From contig JAWPOC010000014.1 of assembly GCA_033345235.1 (NCBI GenBank), forward strand, positions 3,872-67,871: a stretch of 64,000 bases of DNA, in the 5' to 3' direction. Both the position numbers and the translations under genes were made by a program. The notes beneath the pieces are model-generated. The model did no database searches. It saw only the letters and a list, made by a program, of their open reading frames with translations, and had not been told where the DNA came from. The stretch comes from Alphaproteobacteria bacterium (lineage in GTDB: Bacteria; Pseudomonadota; Alphaproteobacteria; Rs-D84). Positions 49,963 to 59,525 of this stretch are shown here, piece by piece (the first letter of the stretch is position 1; every line of letters starts with the position of its first letter).

Positions 49963-49987
49963 CTCGTTTTTTTGACGAGTTTTTTTA
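49963..49987 (+). terminator. Rho-independent terminator
   Basis: CTCGT-TTTTTTG-ACGAG followed by TTTTTTT. Confidence 0.7.
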
Positions 49988-50023
49988 TTTGTTTGTCATA
50001 TCAGATTGTGATAACATTCAAAA

Positions 50024-50276
50024 TGAATTGGTGGAGACACCCGTTCGGGGCTTTCACAGGCCTTGCTCATTCGGTGCGAAACAAGGAAATGTTGCCTGTT
50101 GGATAACGTTCCTGTGGTTTTGCATCGTCATTTGTCCCTGACTGTAATAGGTCGGGGGGCTGTTTGCCATAAAACAGGGTTCGCCCGAAAGCAAATGGAA
50201 TCAATAATGAGCTGATTGTGAACCCCCCGACCGCTGTTGTCTTTGCTGCGGTTTATTTTTTTAGATGGGGGGTATT
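50024..50276 (+). promoter_or_regulatory. Long structured 5' leader, copy 3 of the 3-copy family
   Basis: Extended -10 TGaTAACAT at 50009-50017. A TCCCTGAC (50135-50142), B GGTCGGGGGG (50150-50159), C CCCCCCGACC (50223-50232), D GATGGGGGG (50264-50272, SD). A T-run follows at 50252-50262. Confidence 0.5.
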
Positions 50277-51227
50277 ATGAAACCTTTTAGTAAAACAATG
50301 ATGTTGGGTGCGCTTTTGGTGCCGAATATCGCATTTTCTGCGTCGGATGGATTGACACAGGCGCTGCAAAGCGTACGACAAAACTGTGGCGGGATATCTG
50401 AATTGATGTCCGATTTAAAAACCAAAGCGGGAATTAATACCGCAATAACCGGCGCAGGTACTGTTGCAGGCGGCGTCGCGTTGGGAACAGGTATTGCCAA
50501 AGCGCAAAAAGATTCGAAAATAGATGAAATAGAACAGCAGTTGATGGATATGTTAGAACAGGCGTCTGCCACCGAAAATTTCGAAGCAGAAACTTTGTAT
50601 TTGGACATAGATGCGGTTACAGCTGCAATTGAAAAAGGGCAGGCGGACGAAGCTAAAAGAAAAGAGTTGATTTCAGAACTGAAAACTTTGACCGCAGAAT
50701 CTAAAAAGTTGGGCAATGTGCGTACAGGTACGATGGCGGCGGCAACTGTTACAAATATCGCGGGCGCTGCAATTGCAGGCACAAATAAAGTTGACGAAGA
50801 TTTATCTGCCAGAATTGGCGCGTGTGTCAGTTATGTAAAACGGTTGGCTGATGTTAAAATGCAGGCGCATATCGAAGGCAGTGCGACATCTGCAGAAATC
50901 GCACAGGTGGACAAAATTATTTCTGCGTGTGATAAATGGTCGACGGTTGATTTAAGTCCAATTAACAAACGTGCAACAGGTGCGGCCGTATCCAGCGGTA
51001 TTGGCGCAGGCTTTGGTTTGATTGGAACAATCACCAGTGCCAGTGCGAACAGTGATAAAGTTCGCAGTGGTGATGCCAAACAAGAAAAGAACTTGAATAC
51101 GGTATCGAATGTTATGGCCGGCACAACGGCTGCGGCCAGTTTAACGTCGACTATATTTAACGCGACCCAGATTTCTGCAATTAAACACGCGGCAACTGTT
51201 GCCGACGAATGCCAAGGAGCACTGTAA
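50277..51227 (+). CDS. Secreted protein with about 4 coiled-coil/glycine-zipper modules (316 aa)
   Basis: ATG 50277 gives the signal peptide MKPFSKTMMLGALLVPNIAFSA with a GGGGGG SD; the track start 50265 lies inside the SD. Modules include NCGGISELMSDLKTKAGINTAITGAGTVAGGVALGTGIAKAQKD, GNVRTGTMAAATVTNIAGAAIAGTNK and NKRATGAAVSSGIGAGFGLIGTI. Confidence 0.7.
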   Translation: MKPFSKTMMLGALLVPNIAFSASDGLTQALQSVRQNCGGISELMSDLKTKAGINTAITGAGTVAGGVALGTGIAKAQKDSKIDEIEQQLMDMLEQASATENFEAETLYLDIDAVTAAIEKGQADEAKRKELISELKTLTAESKKLGNVRTGTMAAATVTNIAGAAIAGTNKVDEDLSARIGACVSYVKRLADVKMQAHIEGSATSAEIAQVDKIISACDKWSTVDLSPINKRATGAAVSSGIGAGFGLIGTITSASANSDKVRSGDAKQEKNLNTVSNVMAGTTAAASLTSTIFNATQISAIKHAATVADECQGAL

Positions 51228-52555
51228 TGAAAAGAATTTATTTATCTAGTTTGTTAGCGATAATTGCGCTGACGTCAAATGTGTTTGCAGCCAATATAGT
51301 TGGCAAGCAACAAATTAGTCGCAAAGCAGTTTTAAAAACCATAGAAACATATAAGTCAATGCCCGCACCACATTCGTGGAATTTAGTTGGTGATGTCTTT
51401 TATAAAACAAAAGCCGGTTTTTTACAGTGTATAAATAATTATACGAAAATAACAACAACGGATTTTGCATATTGTTGTGGAATATCTGGACTGGGGGCCA
51501 GTGCCGCAGAATGTGTTGATTTAGTAAAAATGGCCGTTGATATTCATAATGATATGGTGCGGTCTTATATCAAGACAGCGGGTCTTGGGAATGTGTGCAG
51601 TGCCGAAGATTTAAAGACAGTTCCAAATGCTGTTGCGGGCAGATATTCTATGATAAACGGTGTTTATAAGTGTGTTGCAACAGAATGTAAAACAGGTTAT
51701 TACTTAAAGAAAAACGCCAAAGGCGAATCCCAAGGATGGTGCGCATATGGTACAGATCCATATGTTCCATTTCGACCAGATGTTGAAATGCCACAGTCGC
51801 AGGTTACATTGTTGAATGTTGAACCGTTACAGGCAGAGCCAATAAATATACAATTGAATACAACTGTTTTGGCAGATGATCCAGAGTTTGCGCAACAGCT
51901 AGAAGATATTCAAAAGAAAGCGGATGCAGAAAAAGTGGCATTGGTGCGCCAAGCGTTGGCAGATCAATCTAAAGAGCAGGAAATTCAATTGCGTGAACAA
52001 GGCAAACAATTGCTGGCGACACAAAAAGAAGAATTAAAACAAGAGAAAAAAATAAATCGACTAGAAACGCAACAAGCTAAGCTGCAAAAAAAGGTTGATG
52101 CAAACAAGCAAGAACAAGAACTGCAGAAACAATGCGACGAATTAAAACTGAGTAAGGCAGATTGTACAAAGTACAAGAAAAATCCAGACGCCTTTTTGGA
52201 AGAAAGGGAAAAGGAACAAGAATGTGAAAGAATGGGGTTAAATAAAACAGAGTGTGCAAAATACCATAAAGATCCAGATGCGTACCTAGCAGAGGTTGCA
52301 AAAGAAGCAATGTGCAAGGAGTTAAATTTAAATGCTGTTGAATTTAACAAATGTAAAAAAGATCCTGTTGCATATAAAATTGAATGGAATGAAAGAGAAA
52401 TTGCAAAAGAAGAGGCGGAAAAATTAAAGAAAGATAAAAAGAAAGCCAAGGCCGATAAAAAAGCAGAGGCTGCTGCGCTGGGGTTGACTGTTGCTGAATA
52501 TGAACGTTACTTGAAAAACGAAGCGACGTTAAAACAGTTAAAAGAAGGGCAGTAA
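51227..52555 (+). CDS. Secreted protein: N-terminal Cys domain plus Lys/Glu-rich region with three ~31-aa Cys-pair repeats (442 aa)
   Basis: TAATG overlap with the upstream gene. Signal peptide MKRIYLSSLLAIIALTSNVFA. CVATECKTGYYLKKNAKGESQGWC. Repeats CDELKLSKADCTKYKKNPDAFL, CERMGLNKTECAKYHKDPDAYL and CKELNLNAVEFNKCKKDPVAY. Confidence 0.7.
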   Translation: MKRIYLSSLLAIIALTSNVFAANIVGKQQISRKAVLKTIETYKSMPAPHSWNLVGDVFYKTKAGFLQCINNYTKITTTDFAYCCGISGLGASAAECVDLVKMAVDIHNDMVRSYIKTAGLGNVCSAEDLKTVPNAVAGRYSMINGVYKCVATECKTGYYLKKNAKGESQGWCAYGTDPYVPFRPDVEMPQSQVTLLNVEPLQAEPINIQLNTTVLADDPEFAQQLEDIQKKADAEKVALVRQALADQSKEQEIQLREQGKQLLATQKEELKQEKKINRLETQQAKLQKKVDANKQEQELQKQCDELKLSKADCTKYKKNPDAFLEEREKEQECERMGLNKTECAKYHKDPDAYLAEVAKEAMCKELNLNAVEFNKCKKDPVAYKIEWNEREIAKEEAEKLKKDKKKAKADKKAEAAALGLTVAEYERYLKNEATLKQLKEGQ

Positions 52556-52566
52556 TATCTGTAAAA

Positions 52567-52594
52567 AAATCCCCTGTAATTTACGGGGGATTTT
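52567..52594 (+). terminator. Rho-independent terminator
   Basis: TCCCCTGTA-AT-TACGGGGGA followed by TTTT. Confidence 0.75.
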
Positions 52595-52638
52595 AATGTT
52601 AATAAAGATAATAAAAAAACCGCCAAACGGCGGAATTT

Positions 52639-52791
52639 TTAATTTGCAGCAGTTGTAGCCAATCTTTTACGACCACATGCACGACGACGGTTTAATACAT
52701 CGCGGCCACCTGCAGTTGCCATTCTTGCACGAAATCCGTGTGTGCGAACACGACGTGTTTTGGATGGTTGATATGTACGTTTTGTTGCCAT
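52639..52791 (-). CDS. rpmH: 50S ribosomal protein L34
   Basis: 50-aa ORF below the track cutoff: [50 protein letters not shown]. Terminator CCGCC-AAAC-GGCGG at 52620-52633. No rnpA downstream. Confidence 0.93.
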   Translation of the reverse strand: MATKRTYQPSKTRRVRTHGFRARMATAGGRDVLNRRRACGRKRLATTAAN

Positions 52792-53156
52792 GATTTAAAT
52801 CCTTGGTTCTTTTATTTTTTTGGCATTCCAAAATGTCGTGAGCAGCATCATAAACATCGTGGAATAAATCCGTTCGTGCGTCTATTTAACCACAGGTTTT
52901 ATAAAAACGCAACCTTTTTTATTTAGATTTTACTAAACCTAACTTTTTTAAGCCTTCCAGCGTCAGATAATACAAAAAAATGTATGCAAACATCCGCCAT
53001 AATGGTAAAAACATATTGTATGTCCTTTGTTTTTATTGTTGTGTTTATAGTATCACAAAGTGTTATTTTGTCAATGTCTTTTTTTGGCTTTATTTCTTGA
53101 CCGAAAGCGCAAAAATCTGCTATGTTTGGTATGTAAAAAACTTAGGGAAAGGTACT

Positions 53157-55892
53157 ATGTCTGAAAATGTAAATGAAGTAAATGAAATCCGCGTTCCACA
53201 GTCTTCGTTGGAACACGAAATGCGTACCAGTTTCTTGGACTATGCAATGTCTGTTATTGTTGATCGTGCGTTGCCGGATGTCCGTGATGGGTGCAAGCCT
53301 GTACATCGCAGAATTCTGTACGTTATGAATGATGTTGCCCCTGCTACAAAGCCGACTGTTAAATCCGCACGTATTGTCGGTGATGTTATGGGTAAATATC
53401 ATCCACATGGTGACAGTTCGATATACGAAGCGATGGTTCGTATGGGGCAAGATTTTTCAATGGGTGAAATGCTGGTTCAAGGTCAAGGTAACTTTGGTTC
53501 GCGTGACGGGGACAAGGCGGCGGCAATGCGTTATACAGAAGCGCGCTTGTCAAAACTGGGTGCGTCACTGATGGATGATATGGACAAAGATACTGTTGAT
53601 TGGCAGCCGAATTTTGACGGTTCTTTGCAAGAACCTGTTGTGTTGCCGGCAAAGTTCCCGAATTTCTTGGTCAATGGTGGGTCTGGTATTGCTGTTGGTA
53701 TGGCGACAAATGTTCCAACGTATAACTTAGGCGAAATTTGTAACGGAATTTTGGCGGTATTAGATAATAAAAATCTGACGGATGATGAACTGTTTGCAAT
53801 TATCCCAGGGCCTGATTTTCCGACTGGTGCAATGATTATGGGTCATGCTGGTGCGTACAAAGCACACACCACAGGGCGTGGTTCAATTATTGTTCGTGCA
53901 AAAACTCATTTTGAAGATTTTCGTGATCATACTGCGATTATCGTTGATGAAATTCCGTATCAGGTAAACAAAGCACAGATGATTATCAAAATTGCGGAAT
54001 TGATAAAAGATAAACGTATCGAAGGAATTTCTGAAATTCGCGACGAATCTTCCAAAGAAGGATTACGTATTGTTATCGAACTGAAACGCGATGCAATTGC
54101 AGATGTTGTATTGAATCATTTGTTCCAGTACACAGAAATGCAAACGAATTTCCCAGTAAATATGATGGCATTGAATCGTGGTCGACCAATGCTGTTTAAT
54201 GTGCGCGGTGTTCTGGATTCATTTATCGAATTTCGTGCCGAAGTTATTCGTCGTCGTACGATATTTGATTTGAACAAAGCGCGTAATCGTGCGCATACTT
54301 TGTTGGGGTTGTCTGTTGCGGTTGGTAATTTGGACGAAGTTATTGAATTAATTAAATCCAGTCCAAATCCCGAAGCGGCACGCGAAGCGTTAATATCACG
54401 TGGCTGGCGTGCATCTGATATTGAATCTTATATCCAATTGATTGACGATCCAAATACGGAATACAAAGACGGTATGTTCTATATGTCCGAAGATCAGGCG
54501 CGTGCGATTTTGGAATTGCAACTGCATCGTTTAACAGGTCTGGAACGTGATAAAATCCATGATGATTTGACATCTTTGGGTGCGGTTATCAAAGACTTGT
54601 TGGAAATATTGGGCAGTGCCGCCAGAATTATGGACATTATTCGTGAAGAAACGATATCTGTTCGTGATAATTGGGCGTCTCCACGTCGTACAGAAATATC
54701 TGATGCAGAAATCGATATCGATATCGAAGATTTGATTGCACGCGAAGATATGGTTATCACAGTTACAAATACAGGTTATATCAAACGTGTGGCATTGGAT
54801 ACATATCGTGCACAAAAACGTGGTGGCAAGGGACGTAATGCAATGGCAACAAAAGAAGATGATTATGTCGTCCAAGTGTTTGTTGCAAATACTCATACGC
54901 CATTATTGTTCTTTAGTTCACGTGGCTTGTGCTATAAATTAAAAACATATAAATTGCCAGAAGCGGCCGCTGCAGCCAAAGGACGTCCATTGGTGAACTT
55001 GTTGCCATTGGCTCAGGGTGAAACAATTACTGCGATATTACCAGTCCCAGAAGAAGATACAGAAAATGTTGTCGAGACAGACAAAGAACGTTTCTTGATG
55101 TTTGCAACTGCGTCTGGAACAGTACGTCGCAATCGTATGTCTGACTTTGAGTCAATACGTGCAAATGGTAAAATCGCAATGAAACTGGACGAAGGTGACA
55201 GTTTGATTTCTGTTCTGCCATGTTATGAAGATCAGGATGTATTCTTGGCGACATATCGTGGTCGTGCAATTCGATTCCCTGTTCCAGAAATTCGTGTGTT
55301 TGCAGGACGTAATTCAACCGGTGTTCGTGGTATAACATTGGGGGCTGATGACAGAATTATTGATATGGCGATGTTAAATCATGGTGAATCTGATTCTGCA
55401 ATCCGCAGTGCATATATCAAACAATCACGTGCGGCACGTCGTGCAGCGACTGGTATCGAAGAAGAAGCAGACGCAGACGAAGAAGAAACAACAATTGTTT
55501 TAGACGATGCCAAGATGGCGCAAATGGCGGCTGCAGAAGAATTTATCTTAACTATATCTGAAAATGGTTTTGGTAAACGTACCAGTTCTTATGAATATCG
55601 TTTGACTCATCGTGGTGGTGGCGGTTTTGCGAATATTAAACTGGGCGGAAAAAATACAGCCGTTGCAGGTTCTTTCCCTGTGACAGATGACCAGGATATC
55701 ATTATGGTAACAGACGGCGGTAAAATCATTCGTACACCTGTCAGTGATGTTCGTATTGCTGGACGCAGTACTGCGGGTGTGACGCTGTTCAGAACGGCTG
55801 ATAATGAAAAGGTTGTCTCTGCGATTTCAATCGAAGGTGTGTCTGAAGAAGAAACAGCGAAAGACACAGTAATAGAAGTTGTTTCGGAATAA
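53157..55892 (+). CDS. gyrA: DNA gyrase subunit A
   Basis: ATG 53157; the track's 59-codon upstream extension is AT-rich non-coding-like sequence. [63 protein letters not shown] (catalytic Tyr), C-terminal beta-pinwheel repeats. Confidence 0.95.
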   Translation: MSENVNEVNEIRVPQSSLEHEMRTSFLDYAMSVIVDRALPDVRDGCKPVHRRILYVMNDVAPATKPTVKSARIVGDVMGKYHPHGDSSIYEAMVRMGQDFSMGEMLVQGQGNFGSRDGDKAAAMRYTEARLSKLGASLMDDMDKDTVDWQPNFDGSLQEPVVLPAKFPNFLVNGGSGIAVGMATNVPTYNLGEICNGILAVLDNKNLTDDELFAIIPGPDFPTGAMIMGHAGAYKAHTTGRGSIIVRAKTHFEDFRDHTAIIVDEIPYQVNKAQMIIKIAELIKDKRIEGISEIRDESSKEGLRIVIELKRDAIADVVLNHLFQYTEMQTNFPVNMMALNRGRPMLFNVRGVLDSFIEFRAEVIRRRTIFDLNKARNRAHTLLGLSVAVGNLDEVIELIKSSPNPEAAREALISRGWRASDIESYIQLIDDPNTEYKDGMFYMSEDQARAILELQLHRLTGLERDKIHDDLTSLGAVIKDLLEILGSAARIMDIIREETISVRDNWASPRRTEISDAEIDIDIEDLIAREDMVITVTNTGYIKRVALDTYRAQKRGGKGRNAMATKEDDYVVQVFVANTHTPLLFFSSRGLCYKLKTYKLPEAAAAAKGRPLVNLLPLAQGETITAILPVPEEDTENVVETDKERFLMFATASGTVRRNRMSDFESIRANGKIAMKLDEGDSLISVLPCYEDQDVFLATYRGRAIRFPVPEIRVFAGRNSTGVRGITLGADDRIIDMAMLNHGESDSAIRSAYIKQSRAARRAATGIEEEADADEEETTIVLDDAKMAQMAAAEEFILTISENGFGKRTSSYEYRLTHRGGGGFANIKLGGKNTAVAGSFPVTDDQDIIMVTDGGKIIRTPVSDVRIAGRSTAGVTLFRTADNEKVVSAISIEGVSEEETAKDTVIEVVSE

Positions 55893-55903
55893 AAGAGGTT
55901 AAA

Positions 55904-56218
55904 ATGACAGAAAAAATTAATGATTTGGTGTTTGGAAAAATAAAAATGCTGATTTCACGTCCAACAGGTTTAAGTTTTAAGCCTGTTGAACGGGTTAATG
56001 GCTTGGGGCAAGAGCGTGGAATTACTGTTTTAAAAGACGGTAAACCAGAATTTACTTTGTTAACCCAATATGGTAATGATAACCTTGTGTCGTGTTATAT
56101 CGTAGAAATTGGCGATAAAAGATATATTTCTGATGGCGACAAAGATTGGTGGAGTATAAGCGATACTGTTGGTACGTACGCTTTGGCACAACGAATGGCA
56201 ACACAAGGAAGACAATAA
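55904..56218 (+). CDS. Hypothetical protein (104 aa)
   Basis: ORF 12 nt after gyrA with AGAGG SD. No homology recognised. Confidence 0.5.
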   Translation: MTEKINDLVFGKIKMLISRPTGLSFKPVERVNGLGQERGITVLKDGKPEFTLLTQYGNDNLVSCYIVEIGDKRYISDGDKDWWSISDTVGTYALAQRMATQGRQ

Positions 56219-56236
56219 TATACAGAAGTATAAGCA

Positions 56237-56602
56237 ATGGAAAACAAAGAATATTTTTCTTCGATAAACGACGTGTCGAAACGTCTGGGTATACCGGCAC
56301 ACACTTTGCGGTATTGGGAAAAACAATTTCCGTCTGCGGTAAAGCCGACGACTGGCGCAGGTGGTCGCAGGTATTATCGTGCAGAAACAGTTGATACACT
56401 GGTTATGATAAAAGATTTGTTATACGCACATGGTATGACAATTGCCGGTGTAAAAAAGATGTTACGTAACGGTGATTTGAATTCTGAAACTGGGGCGGTT
56501 GTTATGCCATCTGGTGATACGATTACGGTTGGTGGTATAGAAGAGTCTAATATTGATAACGCGATACGTTTACTGGAATCTGCGCGTGCATTATTGCAAT
56601 AA
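56237..56602 (+). CDS. MerR-family transcriptional regulator
   Basis: YFSSINDVSKRLGIPAHTLRYWEKQFP...GRRYYRAETVDTLVMIKDLLYAHGMTIAGVKKML; MerR HTH and wing. Confidence 0.8.
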   Translation: MENKEYFSSINDVSKRLGIPAHTLRYWEKQFPSAVKPTTGAGGRRYYRAETVDTLVMIKDLLYAHGMTIAGVKKMLRNGDLNSETGAVVMPSGDTITVGGIEESNIDNAIRLLESARALLQ

Positions 56603-56628
56603 AAAATCCCCGATTTGGGGATTTTTTA
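56602..56628. terminator. Bidirectional terminator
   Basis: AAAAATCCCC-GATT-TGGGGATTTTT. Confidence 0.85.
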
Positions 56629-57132
56629 TTAACGCTGTTTTGCGAATATTTTATTCCAATTATTTTTAAAGCGTGGGCCAATTGGTTGGTTATGAATTGA
56701 ATCTGCGATAATGCTATCTTGTTCCAGTTGTGTAATTTTCTTGGTTAATTCTGAGTGCGCAGCATAATATTCATTTAATTTACCAGTAAATTTTGTGCCT
56801 ATATCATATTCCATAGAATCAAGAACGTTCGATAATGAATCCATTTTTGGTTCTAGATACGCATTTGTTTCTGGGTTTTCAGCGTGTTTTTCTGTCAATG
56901 CGCACAATTCGGCATATTCTGCAGTCTGTTTTACCAGGTTTCGTGCTTGGTCTTGGGTGTTTTGACGTTCTGCATCGATATTCAGCTCTGTTTGTTTTAA
57001 GCGTGAGCGCGCAATATCTAAATCGGATTGATAGAACGCAGATGTGTCATAATCTAATACAAACAACAACCCCATCAGTACAGTTGCGGCTGAAATCGCA
57101 GTGGTGGAAAAAGCTTTCTTTTTAATTGACAT
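56629..57132 (-). CDS. Membrane-anchored coiled-coil protein (167 aa)
   Basis: ATG 57132 with AAGGA SD. MSIKKKAFSTTAISAATVLMGLLFVL anchor followed by heptad-like Gln/Glu-rich sequence. Confidence 0.55.
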   Translation of the reverse strand: MSIKKKAFSTTAISAATVLMGLLFVLDYDTSAFYQSDLDIARSRLKQTELNIDAERQNTQDQARNLVKQTAEYAELCALTEKHAENPETNAYLEPKMDSLSNVLDSMEYDIGTKFTGKLNEYYAAHSELTKKITQLEQDSIIADSIHNQPIGPRFKNNWNKIFAKQR

Positions 57133-57220
57133 TATTAATCCTTTTTTGTCCTTGTTGTATTTATTATAGTACAAAAAATACGATTGTCAATACTTAGTGT
57201 GTTTTTTTTTGGAAAGTTTA

Positions 57221-57287
57221 GGTTTGCGTCACAAGGTTACCTGTTTCCAGCAATGCATAGAAAAGCGTGGCACTCCCAACGGGAATC
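57221..57287. repeat. Tandem duplicate of the tRNA-Glu 3' end plus its downstream flank
   Basis: 57268-57287 (TGGCACTCCCAACGGGAATC) is identical to 57383-57402, the tRNA 3' end. The preceding ~47 nt resemble 57335-57382 with several mismatches. Confidence 0.8.
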
Positions 57288-57382
57288 CGAATGCATAAAA
57301 ACCCTGTGAGTTGCGTTATTAGCAACGAACAGTTGGTTTGCGTCAAGAGGATACCCACTTCCAGCACGACATAGGTCAGTCT

Positions 57383-57457
57383 TGGCACTCCCAACGGGAA
57401 TCGAACCCGTGTTACCAGAATGAGAATCTGGTGTCCTGACCGCTAGACGATGGGAGC
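57383..57457 (-). tRNA. tRNA-Glu (anticodon CUC)
   Basis: The reverse complement GCTCCCATCGTCTAGCGGTCAGGACACCAGATTCTCATTCTGGTAACACGGGTTCGATTCCCGTTGGGAGTGCCA folds as a cloverleaf with anticodon loop TT-CTC-AT and a G1-U72 wobble pair. Confidence 0.85.
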
Positions 57458-57575
57458 ATACATATGCAATGGCTATATCTTATACTGATTTTAAACGTAT
57501 TTCAAATGAAAGTTTTCCCTTGCGCCTGTGATTTTATTCTTTTAGCATATTTATATATAGATATAGGATAAAAAT

Positions 57576-58322
57576 ATGAATCTTAGAAGATTTTTTGCAA
57601 ATATGATATCTGGACTGATTCCAAACAAAAAATTGCGCAGCAAGGTGCGTGTTGTTTTGCGATATCCATCAACCAAAGAATATATTAAATGGGTACGCGA
57701 TTGGGCCAAGAAAAATGATGGCGGCGTGCAAAAAATGTCAATTGCATTCGGGGTCGGGTGTAAAAATTTAATTGTGATATTAAATGAAAAAAATGTTTTC
57801 AAGTTTTCTTTGGTAAATGACGGATCTGCCCAGGCAATGCGTGAAATGCGTATTACTCAGGCTTTTCAAGATATAACCCCGATTCCTATGCCAAAGATGG
57901 AATTAATTCAATGGCGCGGGATTACAATCAGACGTCAAGAATTCTTTGGTGGTAAATTAATTGGGGATTTTGAGCCTGGGTATGTGTTGGCTCATCGTGA
58001 GCATATTGCACGACAACTGGCGAACTTTTTATATGTTATCGGTCAGTCTGATCCAGATGAAATCAAAGACTTGAAACCTGTTAAAACAGCCAAACCAGAT
58101 TATCTGTACGGATGGTTTCATAATGATATTGGTCAGAATTTTATGATGGATGATGATTTAAATATCACAGGATTTATAGACTGGGAAAATACAGCGTTCT
58201 GTGACTTTAAACACACTCTGTACGGGGCGGAACGACATTGGGATAAAAATGGTTATCGTGGGTTAATGATAGACGTTATGGCAGAATATTCCAAGCTGTA
58301 CCATGATAATCATAAAGAATAA
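57576..58322 (+). CDS. Aminoglycoside/choline-kinase-type phosphotransferase (APH family)
   Basis: Catalytic loop WFHNDIGQNFMMD (HxDxxxxN) and ITGFIDWENTAFCD (metal-binding Asp) in a 248-aa kinase-fold-sized protein. Confidence 0.7.
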   Translation: MNLRRFFANMISGLIPNKKLRSKVRVVLRYPSTKEYIKWVRDWAKKNDGGVQKMSIAFGVGCKNLIVILNEKNVFKFSLVNDGSAQAMREMRITQAFQDITPIPMPKMELIQWRGITIRRQEFFGGKLIGDFEPGYVLAHREHIARQLANFLYVIGQSDPDEIKDLKPVKTAKPDYLYGWFHNDIGQNFMMDDDLNITGFIDWENTAFCDFKHTLYGAERHWDKNGYRGLMIDVMAEYSKLYHDNHKE

Positions 58323-58407
58323 AGAGAACCGCCGTTGTTGCGATTTTCTTGTTGCTTTTAGGATTTTTTTTGTTAGTCTGTGCCTTACACACTAAAAAGG
58401 TATGTAG

Positions 58408-58962
58408 ATGAAAATTTTTCCAACTATTTCAGAACCATTATTCTGTCAGCTAAATAAATTGAAATTTATATCTGGTGGAAAAACAAAGCGTCAGTCTGGA
58501 ATTGATGGCAGACGTGAACGTAAATCGTTGTTGCAGAATTGGCAAGAAGTAACAGACGATAAGGCAGATAATCTAGCAGGTTTGGTTGCAGAACTGGAAC
58601 AATCTGACACATCAAAGAATGATAAAGATGTGTTGGATACATACTTGTGGCTTGAAGATAAAAAAGAACAAGAACAGCACGATAAAGAAATCGCCGCGGT
58701 TTCTGCACGTGTCAAGGCTGAATTGTTGGCGCATGATTATTATGCCGCTGGCCAAGAAATAGATATGAAATATCAAATTTTCTTGCGTAACAAATCAGAA
58801 GAAATGTTGGAAAATGAAACTTTGACCCAGCAAGAATCTTATTCTGTTTTTGGTGAAAAAGATTATATCGAAGAAATTGCACAGAAATGTGTTGAACGTA
58901 GTATGTTCAGAAAACGTATAAATGAAATAGTTCGCACGTTTGTACACTGTCGTATAAAATAA
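58408..58962 (+). CDS. Hypothetical protein (184 aa)
   Basis: Acidic/Lys-rich ORF followed by the terminator AGAACGCC-AATT-GGCGTTCT (58964-58983) and a T-run. No homology recognised. Confidence 0.5.
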   Translation: MKIFPTISEPLFCQLNKLKFISGGKTKRQSGIDGRRERKSLLQNWQEVTDDKADNLAGLVAELEQSDTSKNDKDVLDTYLWLEDKKEQEQHDKEIAAVSARVKAELLAHDYYAAGQEIDMKYQIFLRNKSEEMLENETLTQQESYSVFGEKDYIEEIAQKCVERSMFRKRINEIVRTFVHCRIK

Positions 58963-59078
58963 AAGAACGCCAATTGGCGTTCTTTTTCTGGAATTATTGA
59001 TGATGAATAAGTAGATGTTCCTATTGTAAATATAAACATATTTACCTATAATGAACGCGTATAAACAAGGAGTGCTAA

Positions 59079-59306
59079 GTGGCGGACGAATACCTGGATA
59101 TACCTGCAGATGCACCATATGTTGTCAGTATCACTGGCGAAGGTGATGACTATGATGTAGCGGTGATTATTCCTGCATTAATAGATGATGAAGATTGTAT
59201 GACATATAATCCTATGCAAAAATCATACATAGAACGCTTTGATAACAGTAAAAGAATACTAACTAAACAAACGCGTTATAACCAAAGGGGGGCTTATGTC
59301 AGATAA
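59079..59306 (+). CDS. Hypothetical small acidic protein (75 aa)
   Basis: GTG start with a strong AAGGAG SD 6 nt upstream. Overlaps the next ORF by 11 nt. Confidence 0.5.
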   Translation: MADEYLDIPADAPYVVSITGEGDDYDVAVIIPALIDDEDCMTYNPMQKSYIERFDNSKRILTKQTRYNQRGAYVR

Positions 59307-59487
59307 TGTAAAAGTAATGACAGATGATGTAATCAATGCGATTGATAATGTCATCGAAATATTGCAAAAGAAATTACATGATGCAAATGGCAAAGAAGAT
59401 TTAACTGTCGCAATTCAGGCACGTATCGCTGTCTTGGAATGGCTGAAGACGGGCAAGGGTGGCAAGTTACATACCACCAGTAAATAA
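59296..59487 (+). CDS. Hypothetical small helical protein (63 aa)
   Basis: ATG with GGGGGG SD. Translationally coupled to 59079..59306. Terminator AAATGCCCC-AAAT-GGGGCATTT at 59505-59527. Confidence 0.5.
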   Translation: MSDNVKVMTDDVINAIDNVIEILQKKLHDANGKEDLTVAIQARIAVLEWLKTGKGGKLHTTSK

Positions 59488-59525
59488 TTCTTTATAAATA
59501 CATAAATGCCCCAAATGGGGCATTT

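Noticed and set aside
50261-50782. Antisense ORFs mirrored on compositionally biased genes (50261..50782, 32765..33334, 17919..18548, 6601..7044, 7892..8245, 51985..52449)
   Set aside because: Each is fully embedded antisense to a better-supported CDS with a signal peptide, family motifs or translational coupling. These are typical shadow ORFs.
52980-53156. 59-codon N-terminal extension of gyrA in the ORF track
   Set aside because: The extension is AT-rich, Cys/Phe/Tyr-rich nonsense-like sequence and contains a plausible promoter (TTGACC, 18 nt, TATGTT). The conserved GyrA N-terminus begins at MSENVNE (53157), which is preceded by GGGAAAGG.
52792-53156. Replication origin in the long AT-rich rpmH-gyrA intergenic region
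   Set aside because: I could not find DnaA-box-like TTATCCACA/TGTGGATAA motifs or a dnaA gene. The spacer is explained by divergent promoters.
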